Source of the DNA: Candidatus Omnitrophota bacterium
GTDB taxonomy: Bacteria > Omnitrophota > Gorgyraeia > JAFGHF01
Assembly: GCA_043805735.1 (NCBI GenBank)
Contig: JAZDHS010000004.1
Coordinates: 583-64,582 of the forward strand
Direction of reading: 5' to 3'
DNA length: 64,000 bases
Under the pieces are notes generated by a model. The model saw only the letters and a program-made list of their open reading frames with translations, made no database searches and was not told where the DNA came from. Position numbers and translations under genes: made by a program. This document shows, piece after piece, positions 1 through 11,914 of this stretch (the stretch's first letter is position 1; every line of letters begins with the position of its first letter).

Positions 1-20
1 GATTAGCTACCCCTTTTTTA

Positions 21-49
21 TTGACTAAGCTTAGCTAAAGTGTTAAACT
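21..49 (+). promoter_or_regulatory. sigma70-type promoter upstream of tRNA-Pro
   Basis: TTGACT (21-26), 17-bp spacer, TGn-TAAACT (44-49). Confidence 0.7.
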
Positions 50-106
50 ATTTTAATGCTTATCCGTCAGAAAACACACCAGTTAGGTAATAATTATATT
101 CTGGTT

Positions 107-184
107 CGGGGTGTGGCTCAGTTTGGCTAGAGCGCTTGGTTCGGGACCAAGAGGTCCCCGGTTCAAATCCGGGCACCCCGACCA
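107..184 (+). tRNA. tRNA-Pro (anticodon CGG), CCA end encoded
   Basis: Acceptor stem CGGGGTG/CACCCCG, anticodon stem CTTGG/CCAAG with loop TTCGGGA (CGG at 142-144), T-loop GTTCAAATC, ends ACCA. Confidence 0.97.
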
Positions 185-204
185 TCTTTTTATCCACAAT
201 AAAA

Positions 205-954
205 ATGGCCGAGAATACGTTGCAAAAGCAAAAGGCGATAGTTATCGGGGCCAGTTCAGGGATTGGACGGGCCCTGGCCAAGGTGTTTGGAGAACACGGC
301 TACGCCGTAGGCCTGGCCGCCCGGCGCCTGGAACTTTTGCACCAGCTGCAAAAAGAGATTCCCGCCCAAACCTTTATTAAGCGTATCGATATCAGTAAGC
401 CCGAAGAAGCAATGCCGGCCTTGCGTGAACTAATCGAAGAAATGCGCGGGGCAGATGTAATTGTGATTAACTCCGGGATTAATGCGCACAATGTCAGTCT
501 GGAATGGCCGGGAGAAAACGATACGATTAAAGTTAACGTTGCCGGATTTTGCGCCATGGCCAATATTGCCCTGAAGTATTTTGAAGGCAAAGGCGCTGGC
601 CAGCTCGTCGGGATTTCTTCGATCGCGGGTTTAAGAGGCAGCGCCACCAGCCCGGCATATAGCGCTTCTAAGGCCTTTGTCTCCAATTATCTGGAGGGGT
701 TGCGCCATCGGGTCAGCGCAAAGAATATCTATATCAGCGATATCCGCCCGGGCCTGGTGGATACCGAGATGATTAAAGGTTTCTCCCGGTTATTTTGGGT
801 TGCTTCTGCCGACCAGGCCGCGCGGCAAATACTTAGGGCAATACAGCAAAAGAAAAGTATTGCTTACATTACCCGGCGTTGGCTTTTAATTGCCTGGTTG
901 CTCAAAATAATGCCTGATTGGGTGTACCGATTACGCTACAAAAATGAATTTTAG
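205..954 (+). CDS. SDR family NAD(P)-dependent oxidoreductase
   Basis: GASSGIG Rossmann motif, YSASK catalytic motif; start moved to ATG 205 because the ORF-track start (136) is inside the tRNA. Confidence 0.9.
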   Translation: MAENTLQKQKAIVIGASSGIGRALAKVFGEHGYAVGLAARRLELLHQLQKEIPAQTFIKRIDISKPEEAMPALRELIEEMRGADVIVINSGINAHNVSLEWPGENDTIKVNVAGFCAMANIALKYFEGKGAGQLVGISSIAGLRGSATSPAYSASKAFVSNYLEGLRHRVSAKNIYISDIRPGLVDTEMIKGFSRLFWVASADQAARQILRAIQQKKSIAYITRRWLLIAWLLKIMPDWVYRLRYKNEF

Positions 955-963
955 CCTACGGCA

Positions 964-1245
964 ATGGAAAAAGAAAAGAAACGGATCCATGTGCATTACG
1001 ACGGAAGAGTGCAAGGCGTAGGCTTTCGATTTACGGCCGAACATCTGGCGAGAGGATTGAACCTGACCGGATGGGTTAGAAATTTGCCGGATGGAAGGGT
1101 GGAGTTGGTCGGTGAAGGCCAAGAGGTCGATTTATCCCAGGCCTTAGCTAAAATTGACCAAACCTTTGGCCGGTATATCCGGCAAAAGGATGTACAGTGG
1201 CAGTCCTACCGGGGTGAATTTTCCCATTTTGAGATCAGATCATAA
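964..1245 (+). CDS. acyP: acylphosphatase
   Basis: GRVQGVGFR and [12 protein letters not shown] signatures. Confidence 0.95.
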   Translation: MEKEKKRIHVHYDGRVQGVGFRFTAEHLARGLNLTGWVRNLPDGRVELVGEGQEVDLSQALAKIDQTFGRYIRQKDVQWQSYRGEFSHFEIRS

Positions 1246-4494
<3,249 letters not shown>

Positions 4495-4498
<4 letters not shown>

Positions 4499-5100
4499 TT
4501 CTCGAAAAAATTGTTGTCGGGCCGATGCAAGTCAATTGCTATATTGTCGGATGCGCGCGCACGCAAGAGGCGCTGGTCATCGATCCGGGAGATGAGCCCG
4601 AAAAAATAAAGCGGGCGCTTAAAAAACACGCCTTAAAAGCGATTCAAGTGCTCAATACCCATGGGCACATTGACCATATTGGGCAGGACACGGCTTTTGG
4701 CGTTGGTATAGCCATTCATCGCCTCGATGCCGATTTTTTAAATAACCCGCAACTCAATTTATCTACTTTGGTTGGTATTAATTTTACTCCACTTAAGCCT
4801 GCGGTTCTATTCGAAGATGGACAGAAAGTGGCGGTCGGAGATATTACCTTGGAAGTGGTCCATACCCCTGGGCATACCCCGGGTAGTATCTGTCTTTATA
4901 TGGAGGGGATTTGTTTTACCGGCGATACGCTGTTTGCGCAAGGGGTCGGCCGGACCGATTTTTCTTATAGCAGCGAAAAAGCGCTTTTGCTTTCAATTCG
5001 CAAGAGGCTGATGACTTTGCCGGATGAAACGGTTATTTATCCCGGGCACGGTTCTGCTTCAACCATTGGCATAGAAAAGAAAAGTAATCCTTTTCTCTAA
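4495..5100 (+). CDS. MBL-fold metallo-hydrolase (glyoxalase II-like)
   Basis: THGHIDH, HTPGHTPG, TGDTLF, YPGHG motifs. Confidence 0.93.
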
Positions 5101-5103
5101 GAG

Positions 5104-5997
5104 ATGACGATGGAAAAATCCGTTGAAGAATTTTTGCAATACTTAAGCGTAGAAAGAGGCTTGGCCGAGAATACCATTTCGGCTTATCGCCGTGATTTAC
5201 GCTCGTACATCACTTACCTTGATCAGCATAAAATAGCCTCATTTGCGGCGGTAAACCGCAACCACATTACTAATTTTATGCTGGCCTTGAAAGATAAAGG
5301 CCTCAACAGCAATTCCATTGCCCGGGGCTTGGTGGCAATCAAGGTGCTGCACCGCTTTTTAGTTAATGAGCGCTATATTCAGGATGATGTAACCAGTGTA
5401 ATTGCGCTGCCTAAGCTGTGGAAAAAGCTTCCCGAGGTGCTTAGCGTTGATGAGGTGGAAAAACTCTTACGCGGTCCGCGGCTTAAAAACAACGAAGAGA
5501 TACGGGATAAGGCATTATTGGAATTGATGTACGCTACGGGAATGCGCGTATCGGAAGCAGCTAACCTGCAATTACAAAATGTTAATTTGGAAATGGGGTT
5601 TGTTAAATGCTTGGGAAAAGGCCAAAAAGAACGCATTATTCCGCTTGGCGCTTACGCCCAAGAAGCCGTTGCGCGCTATATTAACAAGGTTCGCCCGCAG
5701 CTGTTAAAAGGTAAAAACGACCCCAATCTTTTTATCAGTCGCCTGGGCCGAAAAATTTCCCGACAAACCTTTTGGAAAACTATTAAGTCGTATGCTAGCA
5801 AAGCCCACATTAAAAGAAAAATTACCCCGCATACGCTGCGCCATTCTTTCGCCACGCACCTTTTAGAGCGAGGAGCGGATTTGCGGACCGTGCAGGAAAT
5901 GCTTGGCCATAGCGATATTTCTACTACCCAGATTTATACCCACGTAAACAAAGAGCGGCTCAAACAGATTCATCGCAGCTTTCATCCTCGGCCTTGA
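5104..5997 (+). CDS. xerD: tyrosine recombinase XerD
   Basis: YATGMRVSE, GKGQKER, HTLRHSFATHLL, LGHSDISTTQIYTHV; C-terminus HPR typical of XerD. Confidence 0.92.
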   Translation: MTMEKSVEEFLQYLSVERGLAENTISAYRRDLRSYITYLDQHKIASFAAVNRNHITNFMLALKDKGLNSNSIARGLVAIKVLHRFLVNERYIQDDVTSVIALPKLWKKLPEVLSVDEVEKLLRGPRLKNNEEIRDKALLELMYATGMRVSEAANLQLQNVNLEMGFVKCLGKGQKERIIPLGAYAQEAVARYINKVRPQLLKGKNDPNLFISRLGRKISRQTFWKTIKSYASKAHIKRKITPHTLRHSFATHLLERGADLRTVQEMLGHSDISTTQIYTHVNKERLKQIHRSFHPRP

Positions 5998-7307
5998 AGA
6001 TGATACGTACTACGCCAACCCACTTAGCTTCACTTTTACGCCGGTGCTTGCCCAAGGGCGTGTATAACGCCGTGTGCCTTATCGCTTCAGTCGCTCAAGG
6101 TAAAGGCGCCAGCGCTTATCTTGTGGGCGGTTTTGTCCGTGATTTAATTATGGGCAAAAAAAATCTCGATGTGGACATTATGATCGAAGGAAATGCCCTG
6201 GAATTGATTAGCGAGCTAAAGCGCCGGCTGCAGGCCTCCAGCCGCATCTACCAGCGTTTTGGGACAGCAACTATTACTCTGCCCGAAGGTTTTAAAATTG
6301 ATCTTGCCAGTGCCCGCAAAGAATATTATGCTCACCCCGCGGCTTTGCCGCAAATATTTTTAAGCACGATTGAAGATGACCTGGGGCGTCGTGACTTTAC
6401 GATCAATACCATGGCAATCAAGTTGCAAAAAGAACATTTTGGAACATTACTCGATGCCTTTGGCGGTTTAGCCGACTTAGTAAACGGAAAAATAAGGGTG
6501 CTGCATCAAAACAGTTTTATTGACGATCCCACGCGGATCTTGCGGGCGATTCGTTTTGCCGTGCGTTTTAATTTCTCCTTAGATAAAAATACCGAACGCC
6601 TGCTTAAAGAAGCAATTAAGAAAAAGATGTTGCAGCGACTGAGCGCATTTAGGCTCGGCGGTGAATTAATATGGCTGCTCAAGGAAGATCAACCTCTAAA
6701 ATATCTTCTGGAGCTTTCCCGATTCAGGGGCTTAAGCTGCATTCACCGGCAACTGCGTTTAATACCGGCATCGCACCACTTTTTTACCACAGCGGGTGAG
6801 GTCTTGAGTTGGTTTAAAAAAGTTCGGCCGCAACTTTATTTTGAACAATGGCTGGTCTATTTTATGCTCCTTACCCAGGCGCTTTCTTTAGCGCAGTTAA
6901 AAACTCTATGCCAGAGTTTTTCATTCACTAAAGGGCAGACAGAAAAGATTATCTCGTTTAAAGCCAATGCCAGCAATATATTTTCAATTTTAGCCAAAAA
7001 AAGCCAGCTTTCCCGTAGCACTATATATAGCATCCTGCGCCATTTTTCTTACGAGGAACTGATTACTTTTCTGGCTCTTTGCAAGGATAAGGTTAGAGCC
7101 AGGAGAATTCGTCTATATATTACGACCTTATCCATGGTACAGCTTTGCGTGTCGGGGAAATATTTACAGAAACTAAGCCTGGTTCCCGGTCCGGAATACG
7201 CCCGGATTCTAGAAAAGACGCTTCTGGCGAAGATCGACTGCAAAATTCGTACCAAAGCCCAGGAGCTGGTTTTTGTAAAGCAGTGTATTCAACAGCCCAA
7301 GCAGTGA
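5994..7307 (+). CDS. class II tRNA nucleotidyltransferase (CCA- or A-adding) / poly(A) polymerase family
   Basis: VGGFVRD..DVD, RRDFTIN and DDPTRILRAIRF motifs. Confidence 0.88.
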   Translation: MKMIRTTPTHLASLLRRCLPKGVYNAVCLIASVAQGKGASAYLVGGFVRDLIMGKKNLDVDIMIEGNALELISELKRRLQASSRIYQRFGTATITLPEGFKIDLASARKEYYAHPAALPQIFLSTIEDDLGRRDFTINTMAIKLQKEHFGTLLDAFGGLADLVNGKIRVLHQNSFIDDPTRILRAIRFAVRFNFSLDKNTERLLKEAIKKKMLQRLSAFRLGGELIWLLKEDQPLKYLLELSRFRGLSCIHRQLRLIPASHHFFTTAGEVLSWFKKVRPQLYFEQWLVYFMLLTQALSLAQLKTLCQSFSFTKGQTEKIISFKANASNIFSILAKKSQLSRSTIYSILRHFSYEELITFLALCKDKVRARRIRLYITTLSMVQLCVSGKYLQKLSLVPGPEYARILEKTLLAKIDCKIRTKAQELVFVKQCIQQPKQ

Positions 7308-7588
7308 TTGCGTTGGGAGTAGTGCAGCTTGATCTTCTTGTGCCGGGTGCGCATTCTTTAAAAGCCAAGCGGCAAATTCTCAAAGGCCTAAAGGATAAGA
7401 TACGCCGCAATTATAATGTCAGCGTGGCCGAAATCGATTATCTGGATAAATGGCAGCGCACAACAATCGCTGTAGCCTGCGTTAACAGCGATCGACAATT
7501 TGTTAATTCGGTTCTTTCACAGGTAGTCAATTTTACAGAGCGTGAGCATTGTGTAGAGTTAGTTAGGTATGAGTTAGAATTGTTTTAA
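7304..7588 (+). CDS. DUF503 (YlxP-like) protein
   Basis: SLKAKR...NVSVAE..D.WQR motif; GTGA overlap with the upstream stop; usual position before rbfA. Confidence 0.88.
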   Translation: MIALGVVQLDLLVPGAHSLKAKRQILKGLKDKIRRNYNVSVAEIDYLDKWQRTTIAVACVNSDRQFVNSVLSQVVNFTEREHCVELVRYELELF

Positions 7589-7594
7589 GTTTAG

Positions 7595-7633
7595 CCCTAA
7601 AGGGCAGACCCCCGCATTCCTTCAAAAGGGGGT
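7595..7633. repeat. dispersed ~39-bp hairpin repeat (REP/MITE-like), copy 1
   Basis: Reverse complement aligns with 42040-42077; AGACCCCC/GGGGGTCT and GCCCTAAAGGGC hairpins; flanked by TTAG and CTAG. Confidence 0.6.
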
Positions 7634-7653
7634 CTAGAAAAGGAGTAATACTA

Positions 7654-8025
7654 ATGACCCGCCCGCATGTCGAACGCTTGACCAAAGAAATAAAACGAGA
7701 AATTGGAAGAATTATTCATGATGAAGTCTCTGATCCGCGCGTCGGATTTATCACGGTGACAAAAGTGGAATTAAGTAAAGATTTGCGCGTGGTGAAAGTG
7801 CATTTCAGCCTCTTGGGAAATGAAAAACAATTGCGCGATACACAAGTTGGTCTAAAACGTTCTACCGGCTTTATTCGCACCCTGCTTGGGCAGAGGGTTA
7901 CAATGCGATATACTCCGGAAATAATCTTTAAGGTTGACGTTGGCGTGCAATATAGCATTCGCGTTGCTGAAGTGCTAAAACAGATAGAGGACGAAAAAGA
8001 AAATGAGCATCGAACAAGTAAGTAA
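7654..8025 (+). CDS. rbfA: ribosome-binding factor A
   Basis: DPRVGFITVTKVELSKDL and RYTPEI motifs; SD AAGGAG. Confidence 0.95.
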   Translation: MTRPHVERLTKEIKREIGRIIHDEVSDPRVGFITVTKVELSKDLRVVKVHFSLLGNEKQLRDTQVGLKRSTGFIRTLLGQRVTMRYTPEIIFKVDVGVQYSIRVAEVLKQIEDEKENEHRTSK

Positions 8026-8956
8026 GGCCCTCAAAAAATATTCCCATTTTTTAATTACTTCGCACTTCAATGCCGAGGGCGATGCCTTGGGAAGTACTTT
8101 GGCCCTGGCGTCTCTTTTAAGAAAAATGGGTAAGAGAGTAGAGATGGTCAATAGCGACAGCATTTCTTTCAACTATGCATTCTTACCGGGTGTCCATTCC
8201 ATTGCCAAGAGGCCGCGCTCTTCATCATTTGAGGCCGTTTGTGTCGTTGACTGCCCGATACTTAAACGCATTGGCGCTATTGCCGAATTTATTAAAGATA
8301 AGCCTTTGATTGTGATCGACCACCATATCGATAACAAAAAGTTCGGGCAAGTGAATTGGGTCGATCCCCGGGCCTCTAGTGTGGGTGAGATGGTTTACTC
8401 CCTATTTAAGCGCCTCAAGGTTTCACTCGACAAAAAAGATGCTTTAAATATTTACATCGCCATGCTTACCGATACCGGTTCATTTCGCCACGCCAATACT
8501 ACTAGTAATGTTTTACATACTGCCGCGGAACTGTTAAAATTTGGTCTTGAACCCTCAGTGGTATACTCCAGGATATATGAACAGAATTCGTTAGAAGAAA
8601 TGCGTAATGTCGCGCGTGTGATCTTAGGATTTTCTTTTGAGCAAGAAGATAAAATTGCCTGGGTGGAACTTTCTAAAGCAATGTGCCGGGCGGTGGAGTG
8701 GAGGAATGAATTACTGGAGAAGGTGTTTGATTTTGCCCGCTCCATATCTCCGGTAAAGGTAGCGATAGTATTCTCTCATCTTGGCGCCGATACTCTTAAA
8801 GTAAGCTTTCGTTCCAAGCCTAGCGTGAATGTGCAGAAAATAGCCGGGTGCTTTGGCGGAGGAGGGCATAAGTGTGCCAGCGGTTGCCGTATCCAGGGCG
8901 ATTTACGCGAAATGCAACAAAAGGTTCTGGCTGAGGTAAAGAAAGCAGTGCGTTAG
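8003..8956 (+). CDS. nrnA: DHH/DHHA1 phosphoesterase (NrnA-like nanoRNase/pAp phosphatase)
   Basis: IDHH, TDTGSF, FGGGGH motifs; follows rbfA. Confidence 0.88.
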   Translation: MSIEQVSKALKKYSHFLITSHFNAEGDALGSTLALASLLRKMGKRVEMVNSDSISFNYAFLPGVHSIAKRPRSSSFEAVCVVDCPILKRIGAIAEFIKDKPLIVIDHHIDNKKFGQVNWVDPRASSVGEMVYSLFKRLKVSLDKKDALNIYIAMLTDTGSFRHANTTSNVLHTAAELLKFGLEPSVVYSRIYEQNSLEEMRNVARVILGFSFEQEDKIAWVELSKAMCRAVEWRNELLEKVFDFARSISPVKVAIVFSHLGADTLKVSFRSKPSVNVQKIAGCFGGGGHKCASGCRIQGDLREMQQKVLAEVKKAVR

Positions 8957-8964
8957 AAAATACT

Positions 8965-9903
8965 ATGCGGATTATTAAGAATATCCAAAATTTGCGGGGA
9001 AAACTTAAGTGTGCGGTGGTGACATTAGGCGTATTCGACGGTGTACACCTGGCACATCAATATATCATTCGCCGTGTAGTCAACCAGGCCAAAAATAGTC
9101 AGGGCACCAGCGTTGTGCTCACCTTTGATCCTCACCCCGTAAAAGTACTGGGCAAAAATACCCGCGTGCCCCTGATTACCTCGTTAAACCACCGTGTGCA
9201 ACTAATCCGCGACCTCGGGGTGGATGCCTGCGTGATTGTGCCTTTTGTAAAAAAGTTTTCATATCTGTCGGCCGAGCAGTTCGTGGCACAAATTCTTGTC
9301 CGAAAAATTGGGGTTAAACGTTTGGTCTTGGGCCAGGATTTTCGCTTCGGCCGCAACAAAAAAGGTTCATTAGCGCTTTTAGAAAAATTATCCCAAAGGT
9401 ATAGTTTTACCGTCGAAAAAATAAAGCCGCTGACACTGGAAGGTGAGGTAATCCGTAGTTCGCGGATAAGAACATTGCTGGAAAAAGGTCAGATCCGCCA
9501 AGCGAACATGTTGCTCGGCCGGCCGTTTTCTATTTTAGGCAAAGTTACTCAAGGGAAAAGCCGCGGGCGATTACTGGGGTATCGCACCGCCAATATCATC
9601 CCGGAACAGGAAGTAATTCCTCGTCGAGGAGTGTATGCCGTGCGGGTGAAAATTAACGGCGAGGTGCTTCCCGGTATGGTTAATATCGGCTTGCGGCCGA
9701 CCTTTGACCAGAAAAACGACGTAGTGATTGAGGCGCACATTTTTGGTTTTTCTAAGAATATCTATCGTAAAAAATTAGAAGTGTTCTTTGTCGAACGTAT
9801 CCGCTCGGAAAAACATTTTCACTCATCCCGCGCCCTGCAGGCCCAAATCAGGCGCGATGAGCATCAGGCCAAGGTTATCCTGCACTTAAGTCTCCTCCAC
9901 TAA
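8965..9903 (+). CDS. ribF: bifunctional riboflavin kinase/FAD synthetase
   Basis: GVFDGVHLAH, TFDPHP, GY.TAN, NIGLRPTF motifs. Confidence 0.96.
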   Translation: MRIIKNIQNLRGKLKCAVVTLGVFDGVHLAHQYIIRRVVNQAKNSQGTSVVLTFDPHPVKVLGKNTRVPLITSLNHRVQLIRDLGVDACVIVPFVKKFSYLSAEQFVAQILVRKIGVKRLVLGQDFRFGRNKKGSLALLEKLSQRYSFTVEKIKPLTLEGEVIRSSRIRTLLEKGQIRQANMLLGRPFSILGKVTQGKSRGRLLGYRTANIIPEQEVIPRRGVYAVRVKINGEVLPGMVNIGLRPTFDQKNDVVIEAHIFGFSKNIYRKKLEVFFVERIRSEKHFHSSRALQAQIRRDEHQAKVILHLSLLH

Positions 9904-9918
9904 TCTAGCTGCTTAAAA

Positions 9919-9965
9919 CCACAAAATATAGTTTCCCGCTACATAACCACCACAATTTATTGTGC
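9919..9965. promoter_or_regulatory. tandem NrdR-box-like palindromes
   Basis: CCACAAAATATAGTTT (9919-9934) and CCACAATTTATTGTGC (9950-9965); each matches 13/16 of ACACWATATATWGTGT; starts are 31 bp apart. Confidence 0.6.
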
Positions 9966-9992
9966 TTGGCGCAAAAATCCTGTAATTTCCCC

Positions 9993-10021
9993 TTGACAAA
10001 CTATCTCTAGTGGGGTATACT
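9993..10021 (+). promoter_or_regulatory. sigma70 promoter of the dcw (mraZ) operon
   Basis: TTGACA (9993-9998), 17-bp spacer, TATACT (10016-10021). Confidence 0.85.
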
Positions 10022-10027
10022 TGTCCT

Positions 10028-10055
10028 AAAGTGGAGCAAAGTGGAGGAAAGTGGG
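10028..10055 (+). promoter_or_regulatory. MraZ-binding direct repeats
   Basis: Three AAAGTGG[A/G] repeats at a 10-bp period (10028, 10038, 10048) directly before mraZ, like the known GTGG[A/G] and AAAGTG MraZ boxes. Confidence 0.85.
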
Positions 10056-10490
10056 ATGTTCTACGGTGAGTACGAACATTCGTTAGATCGTAAAGGGCGC
10101 TTAATTTTACCTTCGCGCTTTCGTCAAACCTTAAGGGAAAATTATATTGAGCGCCTTTATGTAACCCGCGGATTGGATAAATGCCTCTTCGTTTTTACCG
10201 AAGAAGAGTGGAAAATACAGGAACAAAAATTTAAGGCTCTTTCTTTTACCAAGGCCGAGGCCCGTAAGTTTAACCGTCTTTATTTTTCCGGCGCCTCGGA
10301 GTTAATTCCCGATCGGCAGGGGCGGATACTCCTTCCGCGCTACTTAAAAGAATATGCCGGAATCGAGAAGCAGACCGTAATCGTTGGACTGGCCAATCGA
10401 ATCGAAATTTGGAGTCAGAAACTCTGGAAGGATTTTTACGAAAAGACGCAGGGATCTTTTGAGGATATTGCCGAGAAGTTGATTGAGTAA
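10056..10490 (+). CDS. mraZ: division/cell wall cluster repressor MraZ
   Basis: MFYGEYEHSLDRKGRL and DRQGRILLP motifs; ATG 10056 follows GGAGG. Confidence 0.97.
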   Translation: MFYGEYEHSLDRKGRLILPSRFRQTLRENYIERLYVTRGLDKCLFVFTEEEWKIQEQKFKALSFTKAEARKFNRLYFSGASELIPDRQGRILLPRYLKEYAGIEKQTVIVGLANRIEIWSQKLWKDFYEKTQGSFEDIAEKLIE

Positions 10491-10519
10491 ATCATCCTCA
10501 AGAAAAGAAGGGGGGGAAG

Positions 10520-10705
10520 ATGTACCTCAATGTGCTTTCTCGCCGCACGCAGAAAAAGTTCTTTGTCTGTTTGGAAAAAAGCATTGTTGTAGAGCGGTTA
10601 AAACGACAAAGAATCCTCTCGCACGAGTTGCTTGACTGGTTTAGTCCCAAGCACAATCCATCAATTTTTCTCGACCAAAAATTAAGAGATCGACTTTTTA
10701 GGTAA
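10520..10705 (+). CDS. small basic hypothetical protein (61 aa)
   Basis: Purine-rich SD (AGAAGGGGGG); fills the mraZ-rsmH gap; TAATG stop/start overlap with rsmH. Confidence 0.65.
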   Translation: MYLNVLSRRTQKKFFVCLEKSIVVERLKRQRILSHELLDWFSPKHNPSIFLDQKLRDRLFR

Positions 10706-11595
10706 TGCCTGAAAATTTACAACACATTCCAGTTATGCGCGAAGAGGTGCTTAAATTTTTAAATCTGTCTCCGGGCTGCACTGTCGTTGACGGAACGGTA
10801 GGCTTAGGGGGGCATGCCCAGGTCATTCTTGACGCGATTGGCCCCCAGGGCCGGTTCGTGGGACTGGATTTTGACCACGATGCCTTAGCTATGGCCCAAG
10901 ATCGGCTTAAAAATTATACTAACTGCACCTTAGTCCACGCCAATTTCAGAAATCTTGATACGGCACTTGCGCAATTACATCTACACGGCGTTGACGGCAT
11001 ACTCTTAGATTTGGGGATTTCCTCGCTGCAACTAGAAAAGCCCTCACGGGGCTTCAGCATAAAATATGACTCACCCCTGGACATGCGGATGAATCAAAAC
11101 GAGCAACTTTCTGCCTTTGATTTAGTTAATTTTTTGCCTCAAGAGAACCTTTCCGATATTTTACGCAAATACGGCCAGGAGCGCTGGCATAACCGTATTG
11201 CCCGCGCCATTGTCCGGGAAAGGTCCAAATCGACTATTACCAGTACCGGCCAACTGGCGCAATTAGTCATGCGCGTAGTTCCATACCGGTATTCAAAAAT
11301 CCACCCGGCAACAAGAACCTTCCAGGCGTTGCGTATTGCGGTCAATGATGAATTGGAGGCATTACGGGAAGCACTCAAGAAATGCCTTGAGCTGATCAAG
11401 CCCGGCGGTAGAATCTGTATTATTGCTTTTCATTCTCTCGAGGACGGATTGGTCAAACACCAGTTTCGCTCGTTTGCCAGTGAAGGCAGGATAAAAATTA
11501 TTACCAAAAAACCCATCACCCCAACAGAAGAAGAGGTTAGGTTAAATCCTCGCGCGCGCAGCGCAAAGTTGAGGGCGGCAGAAAGGATTGCTTAA
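10705..11595 (+). CDS. rsmH: 16S rRNA m4C1402 methyltransferase
   Basis: HIPVM, DGTVGLGGH, DLGISS, PLDMRM, FHSLED, NPRARSAKLR. Confidence 0.97.
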   Translation: MPENLQHIPVMREEVLKFLNLSPGCTVVDGTVGLGGHAQVILDAIGPQGRFVGLDFDHDALAMAQDRLKNYTNCTLVHANFRNLDTALAQLHLHGVDGILLDLGISSLQLEKPSRGFSIKYDSPLDMRMNQNEQLSAFDLVNFLPQENLSDILRKYGQERWHNRIARAIVRERSKSTITSTGQLAQLVMRVVPYRYSKIHPATRTFQALRIAVNDELEALREALKKCLELIKPGGRICIIAFHSLEDGLVKHQFRSFASEGRIKIITKKPITPTEEEVRLNPRARSAKLRAAERIA

Positions 11596-11598
11596 GAA

Positions 11599-11874
11599 AT
11601 GAGTTTGCCGAAATTCTTGGTAGTTGCTTCGTTGATGACATTAGTGGCCTTAGCTTATGTCCATCAGCAAGTCGAACTTTTACGTATTAATTATGCGATT
11701 AACTGCAATCAGGATAACTTATCCCTTCTGCTTGACCAGAATAGCGCCTTACGGTATAATGTAGACAGTTTGCAATCTTCGTTTTACCTGGAGCGCGCAT
11801 TTGTAGAGAAAGAGGCCAATCTGGAAGTTCCTTCCCGGTGGTATACCATCGGTTTGGCTGAGGCCTCACGATAA
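11599..11874 (+). CDS. ftsL: cell division protein FtsL-like
   Basis: Single TM followed by a coiled coil; position between rsmH and ftsI. Confidence 0.7.
   Translation: MSLPKFLVVASLMTLVALAYVHQQVELLRINYAINCNQDNLSLLLDQNSALRYNVDSLQSSFYLERAFVEKEANLEVPSRWYTIGLAEASR
11732..11760 (+). promoter_or_regulatory. candidate internal sigma70 promoter inside ftsL
   Basis: TTGACC (11732-11737), 17-bp spacer, TATAAT (11755-11760). Confidence 0.55.
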
Positions 11875-11914
11875 TATTCTTAGTAACTAGAACCTTTAAA
11901 ATAGATCCTTACTT

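Noticed and set aside
60-380. ORFs 60-281 and 111-380, and the 136 start of the SDR gene
   Set aside because: They overlap tRNA-Pro and are translations of tRNA sequence
5104-5997. Tyrosine recombinase as a prophage or island integrase, or a pilin invertase
   Set aside because: It has the XerD signature and housekeeping context; I saw no att duplication of the tRNA-Pro 3' end and no inverted pilin cassettes
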